The notes under the pieces: model-generated | Seen by the model: the letters and a program-made list of their open reading frames with translations, nothing else | What the model was told of the DNA's origin: nothing | Databases searched by the model: none | Part shown: positions 46,329 through 59,447 of the stretch, piece after piece | How positions within the stretch are numbered: the stretch's first letter is position 1 | How the letters are laid out: every line of letters begins with the position of its first letter | Origin: Novakomyces olei | Taxonomy: Eukaryota | Reading direction: 5' to 3' | DNA length: 64,000 bases | Assembly (NCBI GenBank): GCA_016906335.1 | Contig: JADEYG010000007.1 | Coordinates: 62,001-126,000 of the forward strand | Program-made: the position numbers and the translations under genes

Positions 46329-47707
46329 GATGAGAGTCTAAATAATTGAGAATCGATCCGGTCAGAGATTGAATTGAGGTTTGATGGCGGAAAGACGCTC
46401 CTTTAATACTCTAATCCCCATTACCCGCACCGATCTTCTCTTCGGGAATCAGCCCAGCAAAAGCGCCTATGATTGGCCGGGAAGTCTTATCGCTGATACG
46501 TTATATTGTAGCGCAACATAATAAGCAGACAATTATATGGTAGCTGAAAAGCCTTTTTACACCATTAAGTATTCATACTTGGGCGCGATGGGAAAAGCCA
46601 ACGTAAACCGAGCGAATAATAATTTGTCGCAACCCTTTCGTAAGTCACCGAGGAAAAAGAGACGGCCGTTAAACCCGTATCAGCCTACTTTATGGCTAAG
46701 CAAACGCTATTTTGTTAGAAGATTAATAAGCATTATGTCCAGACGTATATCACATGTACCATTCTAATATATAGCGCCTATATATTAATATGTATTGGCT
46801 ATTTCATTATTTTTGAACTGTGCCATTAATATTAATATTGTACTATTATTAAATTTCCCTTGTTTTCAATGACAATATTTCGAAATCACGTACGCAAATA
46901 TTTAATCTGAACCAATTCAAAAAATAATGAATGAACAAGAAGATAAGAGTCGCGGCTACGAGTCTCCAATTTGCATTGTCTAAAAACACTATTGCTATGA
47001 TTGCAATATTCATGTATTGTTGGTGATAAGATGTTGTTCGAATGGGTAGTTCATGTAGTTTCTTTCTATCCGACTTTAACGCTGGTAAGATCGCTATTGT
47101 AATCGATGCTTTTATCTGATGAGTGAGATGAAATAGCAGGGCTAACCATATCTCATAAGCAGCAGAAATATTTCGACGGAGGCATAAGAAATATTACATA
47201 CACATAGGGCGAACAATAGACAAAAAGACTATAAATCGATGTAAGCAATCTTCAAAATTTCGTACCGCTATAACAGCAGTGCTCAGAATTTAATTTGATA
47301 TAACGTATGTCAGACCGGGGTCTCAGTTGCCTTCATATGTGTTTAGTGCAATACAAATAAATCATTCATTGGTCTTATGAGTTGCAACTAAAAATCAAAA
47401 TGTAATTAAATGCTATCTCAGTCTTGCTATAGTCAATAATGATGATCGCTTCCCGCCTTTAAAGGCCCTTGTAATTACCCAAAACAAAACAAAGAAGGAA
47501 AAAACAACTCCCAAACGCCTTTCTTAACAAATAAAGCACCCCAAATTTTATATGACAAGCAAACAACGAGACGAAAATATGAACGAGATTATTTACGATG
47601 CAAATAAAAAGCATCAACAGTAGGAAAGAAAAAAAAAATTAGAGTGAAAATCCATAATCAAGAAAAAAATCATCACAACGAATATAAACAGGTTACAGTA
47701 ACAAGAC

Positions 47708-49135
47708 CTATCCAGCGGGCTGCCCTTCCCTGAGTCCGATTGTCCCATGCATTTCTGCCGACGTTTCTGTATCAGGCCTTTTTGCAGGCCTGCGCCATTT
47801 TTTATAGAGCCTATAAGGCAAGCCTTTCACAAATCGAGACGTTGTTCCCTTGGGAAAATTGACGGGCGATTCTAATCCGGAGAAAACAAAAATGTCATAG
47901 GTCAGTCCTCCCGCAAGTGAGCCCACGATAGGCCCCGTAGCTCCACCTGTAAGCCACCAAATACTATTCGCTGTCCATATTTCTTTGGCCGGAAGTCCGA
48001 TCATAGACAGTACAATTCTCGGCGAAAGGTCTCGAAAAGGGTTCAAGCAAAAGGGCGAAAGGTACCCAAACGTTGCACCAATCATTACTGTCACAACACC
48101 CAAGACTATAGCGTTCATACCAGAGGGCGGAGGAATATTGTTGCTATCTGCGACTGAAAAAATTGAAATCATATAGACAGCTGAGCAAGTTACCTCATTA
48201 AACCAGGCGCTGGCTACGCTGATTCCCGGTGCTGGAGAAGTGAAAAACACTTTCCCCACTTCATAAGACCAGGCACCCGGACTAGCTTTACGCAAGGCCG
48301 GGTAATAAAGGCCCACGGCGAATGCAGAGGCAGCAAGGGAGCCGAAAAACTGAGCTATGCAAAATTTCCATGCTCTTTTCAAGGGAAACCCTCGAAAAAC
48401 CCAAAGGCTGAGAGTCGTTGCAGGGTTAATGTGTGATCCGGAATACCCACCGCCCACGTAAACGCCCAGCATGATAGCCACACCCCAGGCAAAAACGTTT
48501 GTAGCGTAATCCCCGTACTTTGAACCACCAAGCTGTACTTGGGCATTTGAGCAAAGGCCAATTAACAGGTAAACAAAGACAGCCAAGTACTCGGCCAGTT
48601 CTGCACGATAATAGTCACGGATAAAGTACCAGTAATGCAAATTTTGGAGATCAGACGCAGTCTCTTCTTCCGATCCAGCGGCCACGTTTTTCCGTAGCAA
48701 ATCCAGTATATGCTGCTTGTAATCACCAGGCACTCTCATTCGTGGAATATGATGCGTTTTTCGCGCAGGATTCGGGTTGCCATTCGTGACTCTGTTATTG
48801 TTTCGTCCGTATTCCACATTGGATTGTAGCCCGAGAGGAGCTTCGTGCACATTTAGCTGAGACCCAAACTGTGTCGCTACTCCAATATTCGTATTCTGCT
48901 GGCGAATACTGTGAGCCAAACTGGGCTGTCTCGGACCCAAACGCGGTCTCGCACGAGGCGGCACCGAAGGGTCTTCCTGCACTTGAGGCGGCCCATGTTC
49001 TGAGGCCGCGCCGTGTCCAGCATTGAGTACGTATACAGGCCGCTGCCCGCCACCGTCTTGCTGCTCAAGTTTGAGCTCAACCACGTTTCCATCCACTTTT
49101 AAAAGTGGGAATTTCGTGTCTTGTGCATTCTGCAT
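47708..49135 (-). CDS. Aquaglyceroporin (MIP family) with long N-terminal extension
   Basis: AEYLAVF, SGSHINPA, CLNPFRDLSPR, GPIVGSLAG. Confidence 0.9.
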   Translation of the reverse strand: MQNAQDTKFPLLKVDGNVVELKLEQQDGGGQRPVYVLNAGHGAASEHGPPQVQEDPSVPPRARPRLGPRQPSLAHSIRQQNTNIGVATQFGSQLNVHEAPLGLQSNVEYGRNNNRVTNGNPNPARKTHHIPRMRVPGDYKQHILDLLRKNVAAGSEEETASDLQNLHYWYFIRDYYRAELAEYLAVFVYLLIGLCSNAQVQLGGSKYGDYATNVFAWGVAIMLGVYVGGGYSGSHINPATTLSLWVFRGFPLKRAWKFCIAQFFGSLAASAFAVGLYYPALRKASPGAWSYEVGKVFFTSPAPGISVASAWFNEVTCSAVYMISIFSVADSNNIPPPSGMNAIVLGVVTVMIGATFGYLSPFCLNPFRDLSPRIVLSMIGLPAKEIWTANSIWWLTGGATGPIVGSLAGGLTYDIFVFSGLESPVNFPKGTTSRFVKGLPYRLYKKWRRPAKRPDTETSAEMHGTIGLREGQPAG

Positions 49136-50376
49136 TTAGAGCGCGTAGGCTCTGCGGCTCATATGACTTTGTCGCCAAATGAAAATCGTTAGTCGTGAGA
49201 TAATTGTCAGTCGAGCCGTGAAACAAGGGCGAGAAGAAAGTCAGGAGAAGGGATGTTTTATTGAATAAAACAAAAAAAAAAAAGAATAGAAATAATAGAG
49301 GACAAGTCTGTTTTTACAACAGAATTATGCACACAACGAGGTTGAGGAGAAAAGCATGCTAATGACGTCTCTTTTACCACACAAGATCGATGTGTGTCAC
49401 GTAAATACGCACTAATTTGCATAAAAATTTGCTTTGCTATTCTTACACTGCTCAAATTTAATACACAGCCTAATTAGGTACAGATTTGCCGACAATTCAT
49501 CTACGCAGCACAGGACACTCAAGAGCAGAGTAAAAGAGCAGAAAGGTACAAACAGGGCAGCGCTTCCACGGACCAGCATTGCACGCGTATTTGTCGTAGA
49601 CGAATTTATACAATTTTTTGTATATGAATCGACCGACCGTCTACGATGAAGAACGCGTTCACTCTCCAATGACTTTGTCGGCATTTCATTTCAGTGCTTG
49701 AAATTTTGCTCGGTACACTCTCTCCCGTAATTCTACGAAATATTTATTTATGGGCTCAAGTTACGCAGCCGCTTTCGGTTTCTTTGACAGTTTGCCTTCG
49801 TGTTTTTATACCTTTTGCAATCGCACAAAAAAACCGCTCCAAGTGCCTCGTGAGTTTGATACTCTGTTGACACTTGTTCACCCAATTGGCGGCAAAGTAT
49901 TTTATAAGTTGCCTAACTTTAGGCTGCTCAACTGTATTCTGAAACGCATACTGGCTCTAAATTTGATGGCGGTAGAAAACGTTTCCCGCTTCGCAGCAGT
50001 CAATAAAATTTTGTGTATACATTAGTTTACTCTACCAAAGTGTACGCAAATCCACGCGCATCCTATTCAATGTAAAGCGAATACGCCAAACACGAATCCC
50101 TAGAGTTATATGTACACGGGCCCCGTCTGTATATTGTAGATGCTCAAGTAAGCAGGTAACAATACATATACATTATCAACACCAGCGAGTCTGTCAGATT
50201 CCCGTCTCGTTGTGCGGCGGCGATATATAAGGCGCGATTATATAAGGCACGATTGTGCAATGCCCAAGTTATGCTGTGTGCGGGCAAATGCAAACAAATC
50301 TAAACAGGTAAAGTAAAAGCCGACAGCGGGAGAGCGACGGCGGATTCGGGCAACGTCCATTCAGACCATTGTGCAG

Positions 50377-53139
50377 ATGGCGTCTTTTCTATATTCGCCG
50401 CTATTGGTAAGATCAATTTGCTGACAGCCTCATCGGCCTCTGACGCCGATATTTCAAGACTCTGACTCATTTCTGTTAGACGGATCTCAACCCGCCGCAA
50501 TCGCTGCGCTTATTGCGCACACGAGTGCAACAGGCAAAGCACCTTTCGCATCAGACTTCGGAATGGGTTCGGAACAGAATTGCCGCCAATGAGAGTTACC
50601 TGCGCAGTCTCCAGGGCCTTGCACGGTTTCACTTGGATCCAGGCGCAGGCAAAGGGTATAGAGATTACACAATATATATACACAGTATACACAGTATACT
50701 GGGCAAGACATTTACACTAACTCGCAAGGCCGTACGTCGACTCGTGGCAGGAGCTGTTTGCGTCCGCGAACGAAGTTGCCGAGTCTCATCTCACTTTCCA
50801 AGCTGCTCTTGTCAATGAAATTGAGACGCCTTTGCGTATAAACATGACGCGCAATGAATGGTCCGAGCTGGAAAGCGAACAGCAGCGACTTGAAAAAGTT
50901 GCTGCGGAAATTGATAGAGGTGAAAAGGTACGAAATGAATTAAAGGCACTGCTGAATAGGGAACTAATCACATTTACAGAAAAAAAGCAAATCCGGCAAA
51001 TTCGAGCAGGACAAGCGTGTATGGGCCACAGACGCTGCCAAGCTTTTCCGTAAACTAGAAGTTTTAGACACGCAAAGACTTGAGTTTTTGAAAACCCTGA
51101 TGGTGCGCTATTTCACTTTGGAGGCGGAGAACTGCTCCAGGATCCAAGCTGTTACGGAGAAGGGTGTGGCTTCAGTTATTGATGTGTCCCCGGCGGATGA
51201 TATCAAGCACATAACGCAGGATCCAATGGCAGTTTTGCACCAGGCTTCAGCCGCTCAAGGATCAGGCTATGGTGCTGCTGACTCTGTCAGAGGAAGGAAA
51301 GATTCTTCAACTAGCAATTTCGCTGTGCCCAAAGGGATCGCTCGTAATGGGTCTGATGATCTTGCAAGAAGCTCCTCGCCGAGCAGTGGAAGTGGAGCTT
51401 TTGGACTTAAATCTAAAGTTGGAACAATTTTTCGCAAAAAGAATCGAAACAGTACATTTTTTGGCAGCGGCAAAAAGGGCACAAATGCAGAATCTCCACG
51501 TCGTGTTGATTCGCCGTCGAGATCTTCAACCTATTCTGATAACCCTCCGCCAGTTTTGGAACAACCTGCCGCGGTTTCGCCTCTTATTTCCAGCTCACAG
51601 TTTGAGTCAGGAAATAATAATAATAATGCTAACCAGCACAACAACAGCAACAGTCAGTACTTGGCGCGACAAAGCGCTCCTGCGGCCCGACCCGAACCTG
51701 CACATAGCCGACCGAGCTCCATGGAAATATCTGAAGTTCCTCGATTTGCCGGCGACTCTCATCAACAGCCTCCTGCGTCTTTCTCTGCCAGACAAGCAGC
51801 ACCAGCGCCAGTTCCTTCCTCTTTTCCTGCACTAGTTCCCGAGAGAGCAGGTGATACAGGCGCCAATATGGGTGCAAATGACCATGAACTGCCTCCACCG
51901 ACGCCGACAAAGTACGGGAGGGAGACTAAACCCGACGTTATTCAGGAAGAACCTGGTACAGTCGGCGAAGGACTGGACGAATCACAGCAACAGGCTTTGC
52001 AGAGCACAGCCAGTAAACTGAGGGCACAGCAGCCCTCGATTCGTAGTCGGCAAAAAGGCCGTCGTGAAAATCGAGCGTCGACTTACTTTGGGAGCAATAA
52101 TGAAGACATTGGATCAACTTCAGCTCAGTCGCCGTTTGGTGAAAGTTTTGCTTCTCCTACGGCAGCAGAGGAGAGAGCAGTTCAAGGCAATGGAGGCTTT
52201 TTCAGCTCTGAGACTGCCGGCAGTACACTTTCATCGTCTCCTACTCGACAGAGCTCATTCGCCAAACATAGCGGAGGCCTTGTTGGGGATACTGCTTCGG
52301 TTCGTTCATCCTCGGCTTCGTCAGTAGGTGCTGGGGCTATAGTTCATCCGGACCTTGGAGGCCAGGGCTTACGGAGCTCAATTGTAGAGAGTGTCAGTGC
52401 AGTAATTAGCAATGGTGAGCCGGCAAAAGCAATGGTAGTAGGTGAATGTGCCCTTTTGCAAAATGCACCTGTATTTGATGCTAATTCTAAATTGCTTTTG
52501 CAATTAAAAGCTGCCCAAAACACGAGCGTTAAACGTGCCGTGGCCAACCCTGATATTGCGTGTGAAAGGGGCACCAGCGGTGAGGAGGCACAAAAGTTTG
52601 AGATCAGTCTGAACGCAGCTAAAAGGCAAAGCGTCGTTTTCAAGTATCAATTGGATGTTGATGAGAGCAATTGTGTCCAGTTTCTGCCCATTCTTGTTTC
52701 CCTGCGTGTCAAACACGAACCGGGCCAATCATCTGTCATTCTCGCACTGACAGGGAACCCGAAATTTCGTGGGCGCGGAGGTCAGATCAATTTTAATGAC
52801 GTCACTGTCTCATTGAAATTGGACGGGTCGGCTATTGCACCGGCGTCCTGCCAAAGTCGGCCATCCGGTGAGTTTGTTAAGCGTACGGGTACGCTGCTCT
52901 GGAAAATTGGTGATTTAACAATATCGCCTTACTCAAAGGAACAGTACCTTGCTCGGTTTACGTACGACAGATCGGCCACTAGCAGTGCAACCCCAGTAGC
53001 TGAAATCAAATGGCGCACGAGTCCAGACGAGAATATTTCGTTTGCCAGTGTGGAGACTCTTGCCTCGCCTGGATTTGAGCATTATGGGATTGATAGCTTG
53101 CAACGGTCGCTCCAGAGTCAACGGTACTTTGCCACGTGA
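50377..53139 (+). CDS. SYP1: Syp1/muniscin-like endocytic protein (F-BAR + low-complexity linker + mu-homology domain)
   Basis: Spliced helical N-terminus (introns from ~50407, ~50655, ~50927), Ser/Pro-rich middle, C-terminal GLRSSIVESVSA..VVGECAL..QSRPSGEF..LLWKI..LARF. Confidence 0.72.
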
Positions 53140-53537
53140 GGCTGTGTATAATTGTATAGTCGAGTGCTTTTAGTCTGCAAATTTTTTGTGTTCCCAATAC
53201 AAGGACCAAAGATTGTTGAGAATATTTAGGAAATATAAACAATGTCTAAAGAAAATTATAAGAATACTGAAAGAAATGATGAAAGAATATTTAATAAAAA
53301 ACATGAAAACACACAAAAAAAAAAAAGAAAACACAGTGAAGGGACTAAATACGAAGAGGCTTTTCCCGTCCTGATTGGATTTGTGATATACGTACAAGGT
53401 AATTAATAAATGCTGTTCAAATAAGTCGTCGCTTTACGCTTTACGTTGAACACGTCGTCAAGTGCAAAATGATAATAATTAATAGACCATATTTATCCAT
53501 CAGCCTCCACAAATCTACACGTAAACTGCCCGGAAAA

Positions 53538-56269
53538 TTAGAACCCAATATCATCCAAATTTGCCATTTCATAGTCAAGTTCCAAGTATTCGTCATCATC
53601 GTCATCATCATCTTCACCAAAATTCTCATTATCATTAATGTTTTGCAGTTTTTCGTCAAAAGTACCGCCATCAAAAACGTCATTGTTTTGGCTGGCTGCT
53701 AAGGTTTCCGCCACAGACCGCGAAAATTTGCCTTCTTGTCCATTAGACTCCCTACTCGACCCATCTATACCCAAGACAGCGACTTTTTCCTCCTGTTTTC
53801 GTTGGTGCGCCTCCAAACGCGCCAGGTCCCACCACGATACACCTTCCTGGTCAGCCTGGGTAAAAGGCTGAGACATTGCTCGAAGGAACTTCTTCGCTAG
53901 CACAACAGACATATCCGTACTAAGGTTCGTAGCGCCTTCAGTTATATACTGCTGGATCCATTTTGGCAATTTTGCCCGTTTATCTGCCCTAGAAAATCTC
54001 TTATCTGCCAGGACCATGATTCCATAGTCTTCTTTGCCACGCAATACACGGCCCAGACATTGTGCAGCGTGACGCATAGCATCAAACGTTAAAAAATCAT
54101 TTTCTTTGATAAAATAATTGTCTCTTAAAAACTCCAGCCTCGCTTTCAAGATACGTGATTCCGTGTACTGATAGGGGATACCAAACATAATTACTGTGCG
54201 TCCGTATTGGTGATCAAAATCAATTCCTTCAGACACTTTACCTCGAGCAACACTCAGTAGTATCGCACCTCGCCCATTGTTACAGGCGGTCCGGTACGTT
54301 TCCAATGCCAGCGTCGTCTCCTGCGCGTCGGGAGTTTCGACAAGAATGAGCTTATATTTCCAAGCCTCGTCAAGAATACCCTTACATTAATACAAGAACA
54401 AAAATTGGAGGGAAATAATCAACAGAAATAGTAGATAAATGAACAAGTTACAAAAAAAAACTAGTCCAAGCGCCTTACCATCGTTTGCCACATGCTAACA
54501 ATGCTTTCCATGTACAGGTAACTGGGGAAAAAGCAAACTAGACCATCAGGCGTAATTTTAGCATACTCAATGAGGATGTTTCCGTAATTTCGAACGACAC
54601 TCGGATCATTCCGCACCTCAAATTTGGAGGAAATAGCGATTTGATCACTTCCACGAGTAATAATCATTGGTAAAAACGAGTTTCTTGCCAACGACATGGA
54701 GTAAGACTGCTGAATGACCGTATTAAATTGTAGCATTTTGGGGTACATGTCAAGTGGTGAGATGGTTCCACTGGTAATAACGACCGAAAAAAACCGATCA
54801 AAGACCGGCTTTATCGCGATAGAGGCATCCAAACATGTAAAATGTAAAATTGGGTTAGGCACGGTGGCCGTATCAGACTCAAACGGCTCCAAAATTAGGA
54901 GAAACCCCTTTTCATAAGTTGCCACAAGTGTCGCTAGAGTTGCCACTTCGTGCAAAGACTGATAGTCTTCAATGTCTGTTATTTCTAAAGTACGTACTAG
55001 AGAACTGAGACGTTCCGCGCAGAACCTTAAAGGTTTCCGTTCAATATACGTCAAATCATATACATGCTTCAAAAAGGAAGGCGGCGTTTCTGCAATCACA
55101 TGAAGAACCTTCATTCTGGTCCTTAGGTACTCGACGAACCGTCTCAAAAACGCCACAAAATGCTCTGCACGTCTAATGTTACCTGGCACGGCTTCCTTAA
55201 GCAAATCTTCGGGTATCACGGGATTGCTCATGAAAGAGTCTTCTTCCCGATTTGTTGATTCTTCAGCAAGGCCTTGAACCAGCTTTTCATACTCACTCTT
55301 GAGACGATTTGAGTCCGACTGGCGCATTTCTTGGATTTTTCTGTCGAGATGGGTAACACCTCTCGCTGCACGTCTCAATGAATCGTCCGTTAAATCAATA
55401 CTTAGTGATTCAATACACACGTTGTCGATGTTATGGGCTTCGTCAAATACGACAATGCAGTCTTTAGAAAGCTCTTTGGACACTCGCTCTGCAATTTTTG
55501 GATCCAGAAGATAATGGTAAGAGTAAATAATGACATTGCAAAATGCCATCATTCGCCGTGACATGAAATATGGGCATCGCTTTTTATCCTCTCCAAATTT
55601 GATTAGATCAGTCAGAGTGAAAACTCCGGTCGGAACCAAATCGTGAGGATCAAGATCTTCTAAATTCTCGTGATAATCACACAGCTGCACGTCTTGTCCC
55701 GCGAGTTTCCGCTGCTTTATGAATCCGGCTGTCAAGCTTCGGCAGCGTGCATCCACCACATTCCCCTTTTTTTCTCTCTTAACACTGGGATGCAGGCAAA
55801 GGTTCTTTCGACTGGTAAGGCCGAGACCCCGGAAATCTTCTACTTTTCCAAGCTCTTGTGCACGGAAAGCCATAAGCGACTTCAACTCAGCCAGAGCCTT
55901 TTCAATCTCTGACATTGTACGTGAACAATAGATAAGCTTGCGATGCTCGGGATAATGCTAAAAAGTTAGAAACAAATTAATTCATTTAAATTGCACCGTA
56001 CCATTTGATAAGAAACAATCAACGATAACAAGGATATAGTCTTTCCCGTGCCCGAAGGCATCTCCAAAACACAGTGACCCTAAAGATAATGTCAAAAGAC
56101 GCATCTTTGATGGGATTACTTACGCCAGCATCCAGAGTATGCTTCAAATCGCGCATATACTGATACTGCTCGGGGTATATGCGAGGATACGGGAACAAAA
56201 CAGGCAGATCGTCGATCAGAAACCTATAAAATCGTGAGTATAAATAAATAGAGATCAGGCGTACTTCAT
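53538..56269 (-). CDS. RAD3: TFIIH/NER DNA helicase XPD (Rad3/Rad15)
   Basis: [20 protein letters not shown] (Walker A), [11 protein letters not shown], Fe-S cysteines, [35 protein letters not shown]; 4 introns. Confidence 0.97.
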
Positions 56270-56467
56270 CTTGCTTGGCAGACCGCTGCCGCGCGTACAG
56301 CCTGTAACTGACCGACTAGACTGTACGTTTCTTCCTTTTGACTAATGGCCGAGTGCTCAATATTAATGATTGCCTGTAATTGTATGGATTTTAATTGTAC
56401 CATATTGTAATAAAATATTGGCAAGCCAAGTAATAATTGCATTTATTTGTTAAGCCAATACGTATTA

Positions 56468-56502
56468 CTAGGGTTTATTAGGGTTTGTTACTGTTAGGGT
56501 TT
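56468..56502 (-). promoter_or_regulatory. Three TAGGGTTT (AAACCCTA, telobox-like) motifs upstream of RAD3
   Basis: ctagggtttattagggttt...gttagggttt about 200 bp 5' of the RAD3 ATG. Confidence 0.45.
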
Positions 56503-56801
56503 AAAATGTCTGTTCTTATTTTCCATTTGGCATCTATTAGGTTTCGTCTATCAAACACGATTGCACCACATACTGAAATAAACGACCTACATCAGGAGAG
56601 CAATGGCTTTTAGCGGCAAACACAAATTTCATCTTGTGTTCTATGTAGCTAATTATAATCGACGCTCTAAACGTTAGTGTGGGAGCCCAATTTTGTCGCA
56701 GAGCACAAGCCAGCGACAAAGTTGAGAAATGCAATTTAGTATCAATAAAAGACAAGTCACAGCCACTATGGCTGGAGTAAAGTGAAAGCAGTTCCTCCAG
56801 T

Positions 56802-57988
56802 TTAAAGCGAGTCCTCCAGCTCAAACAAAGTGACAAGTCGTGGATCTTTAAGCCACTTTTCACCCTGCGCCAGTTCTGCCGGGACAAGAGGCAAGCGTGG
56901 ATTTGCTCCGTAGCCAAATTTCAGATGAAGAAGCATTTTCAATCCCGCAAACTATAGATATTTAGCATTAAATGACGTCTGAAAGCAAGGCTTACACCAA
57001 TGCTCTGCATGAAGCCGTCAGCAATCGACAAAGTACCCTGCAGATGCTGTGCCTCGGTGTACTCGGGCGTGCCAGAATTGTAGTTTTTGCCAAGCGTCCA
57101 TAATTTTACACACAATTTCTAACTGTCAGCCAAACTCTAGGAGATTTCCACTTACCGGAACGAGATTAGGCAGGCCTGATATTGCCTGTAACATTGTCAG
57201 AAAGAATCATATAAAGTGCCCTTACGCCGCAAGCCCCACACGAAATTGAGGGAACGAGTATGTCAATATACCCGTCGATAATTTTGAAGTCTTGGCCAGT
57301 TGTCCGCGGATAATTTGACCGGAATTTGGGATTGGCTGTCTCAGCATGCAATCGAGTAATTTTGCCGACAGACGCGCACCTTTGATTAGAGACGGCAAAG
57401 CAAAAATTTAATAATTTAATGAGCCCAAAACAAAAGTGGTACATACGTAAGTTTTGCACCGCAGACATTGGCCGTCGATTTCAAGACGTTTACAATTAAA
57501 TCGCTGCTAATATCGATTCCACTGCTAACTCCTGGAAAGTTATACATCATGACGGGCAATGGACTGGCTTCTGCAACGTCAATGAAGTACTTCTGCAGTG
57601 CAGCTCCGTTGTTCGCAACGAGCGCTCCAGCATAATAACCTGGTGGAATGACCATTACATAATCTGCGCCAGCTTGCTGAGCTTCAATCGCAAGCTCTAT
57701 TGTTTCTCTCGTGCTTGGCATGCCAACACCGGCAATAACAGGAACATGCTTCAGAGAGCATTCATCGAGGGTGTGTCGCGTGGCCTGAATAAGCTGTGAA
57801 CGTTCGCTATGGCTGAGGTGCGGGGCTTCTCCCGCACTGCCGGAAACGACAGGCACTGTTCCGGCAAGCGCCGTGAACTTTACATGAGACTTGAGACTTT
57901 TGATATCAATATCCTGATTCTCATCGAAAAACGTCGGAAGCGGCGTGTAGATACCGTCTGGCAGTGGTCTCGATATTGCGATTGCCAT
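56802..57988 (-). CDS. DHDPS/NAL-family class I aldolase (copy 2)
   Basis: RPLPDGIYTPLPTFF, GSAGEA, VIAGVG..STRETI, MMYNFP, CGAKLT, then exons with IDGYID, GLPNL, NPRLPL; stop at 56802. Confidence 0.87.
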
Positions 57989-59447
57989 TTTGTGCCCTAA
58001 TCTATTTGTCTTTTGCAGTCTATCTCTTTGGCGTTAATATAAAACTCGTTCAAGTTTGTATCCCACGGATTTTGTCGCTTGTGCCTCGAGCATAAATCGC
58101 AAAGCCCGCGCAAAAACTATTTCACCGAAGCGCCGAGTCTCGGCGATATTTTCTTATCGGCGATATCTCAAACAGGACTTTATCGCATAAGGGTACATAT
58201 TATAGAGTTATCGCATAGCGCCGAAGTTGTAAGCTATCACTGTTATCCTTAAGAATAACTTTGTTCTGCACTCGAACAATCCACCGACCAATCAAACTTG
58301 TACTATTCGGCGCATTTTATTATGTGCATGAATTTGACTGATACATGTATGCATCTTCCTTCCACCAGGAACAAAACTGAAATTTGACATTTTAGTTTGA
58401 AATACGTATCAGTCCTTATCTTTCTGATTGGACTGATTGTCATTGATTTTGTAAATTTCCCTCAAAAGACTCACCATGATAGCATTTCGCCGCTCTATAC
58501 ATCGCCAGTGATAAGGCGATAATGTACGATAAAATTGTACCCTCGTAGGCCAAACATTTATTCCAAAGGTGCCGAGATAAGTATATATTTTCCAGATATA
58601 TTGCATTAATTTAATGTTCTTTCTAGCTATCGCCGATTAATGAATAAATTATCTAAATGTATAGAAGCTTGAAACTCGCCAAGGTCGAAGCAAAATTGAT
58701 CCAGAGCGTATATGAAACATTCAGCAAATAGAGGAAACGACGATAAGATAGACAGTCTAAATCATTCGAAGCCAGTAAGTAATATAGAATGGATTCTTTG
58801 TTCAAAACAACATTTTTCACAAAAGAACCGGGCCTTTGGCTAATTCAACTTGGTCCCCAAATAGGTATGATACGCGACCAGGGTACAAGCACAATGAGCC
58901 AATGAAAACGTGTTTTAATCTTGCCAAGGATAAGACTGAAATTGACTGCGTGTTATAATGAATATGCCGTAATCCATCTTTTGATATTTTTATCTCTATT
59001 CTTACGTTCTGTAAACCTGTTATCATTGATTGCTCTACGACAGTTGTTTGGCTGCAGGCAGCTCAATCTTGATTGTCGTTGATTCAATTTAATAGCTAGT
59101 ATATCGATAGTGCATAGCAACAATTTTGCCAGTAGAAAAGATTCTATATTTAAATTTGAATCTCATTGATGAAGGCATAGGCACTTGCTCGTACATCACG
59201 TTTGTGCTCGATGAATGCCATACAAAAACTATACTCAGCAAACTTGCCAACTAACCGTAACAGGATCTGCTCAAAAAACTGCGAGGCCCTTTCAAGTCAT
59301 TATAGTAAAAAATTTTAATTGTTCTTTTTGCTGCAGCAACAACTTCTGGCTTATTTGTTTCAAAATGACTGGCAGCGCCTTGCTACAAATCGCAATTAGT
59401 ATATATACCCCTCTAAATTAATATCCACTCTATAAATGTCGCATATC

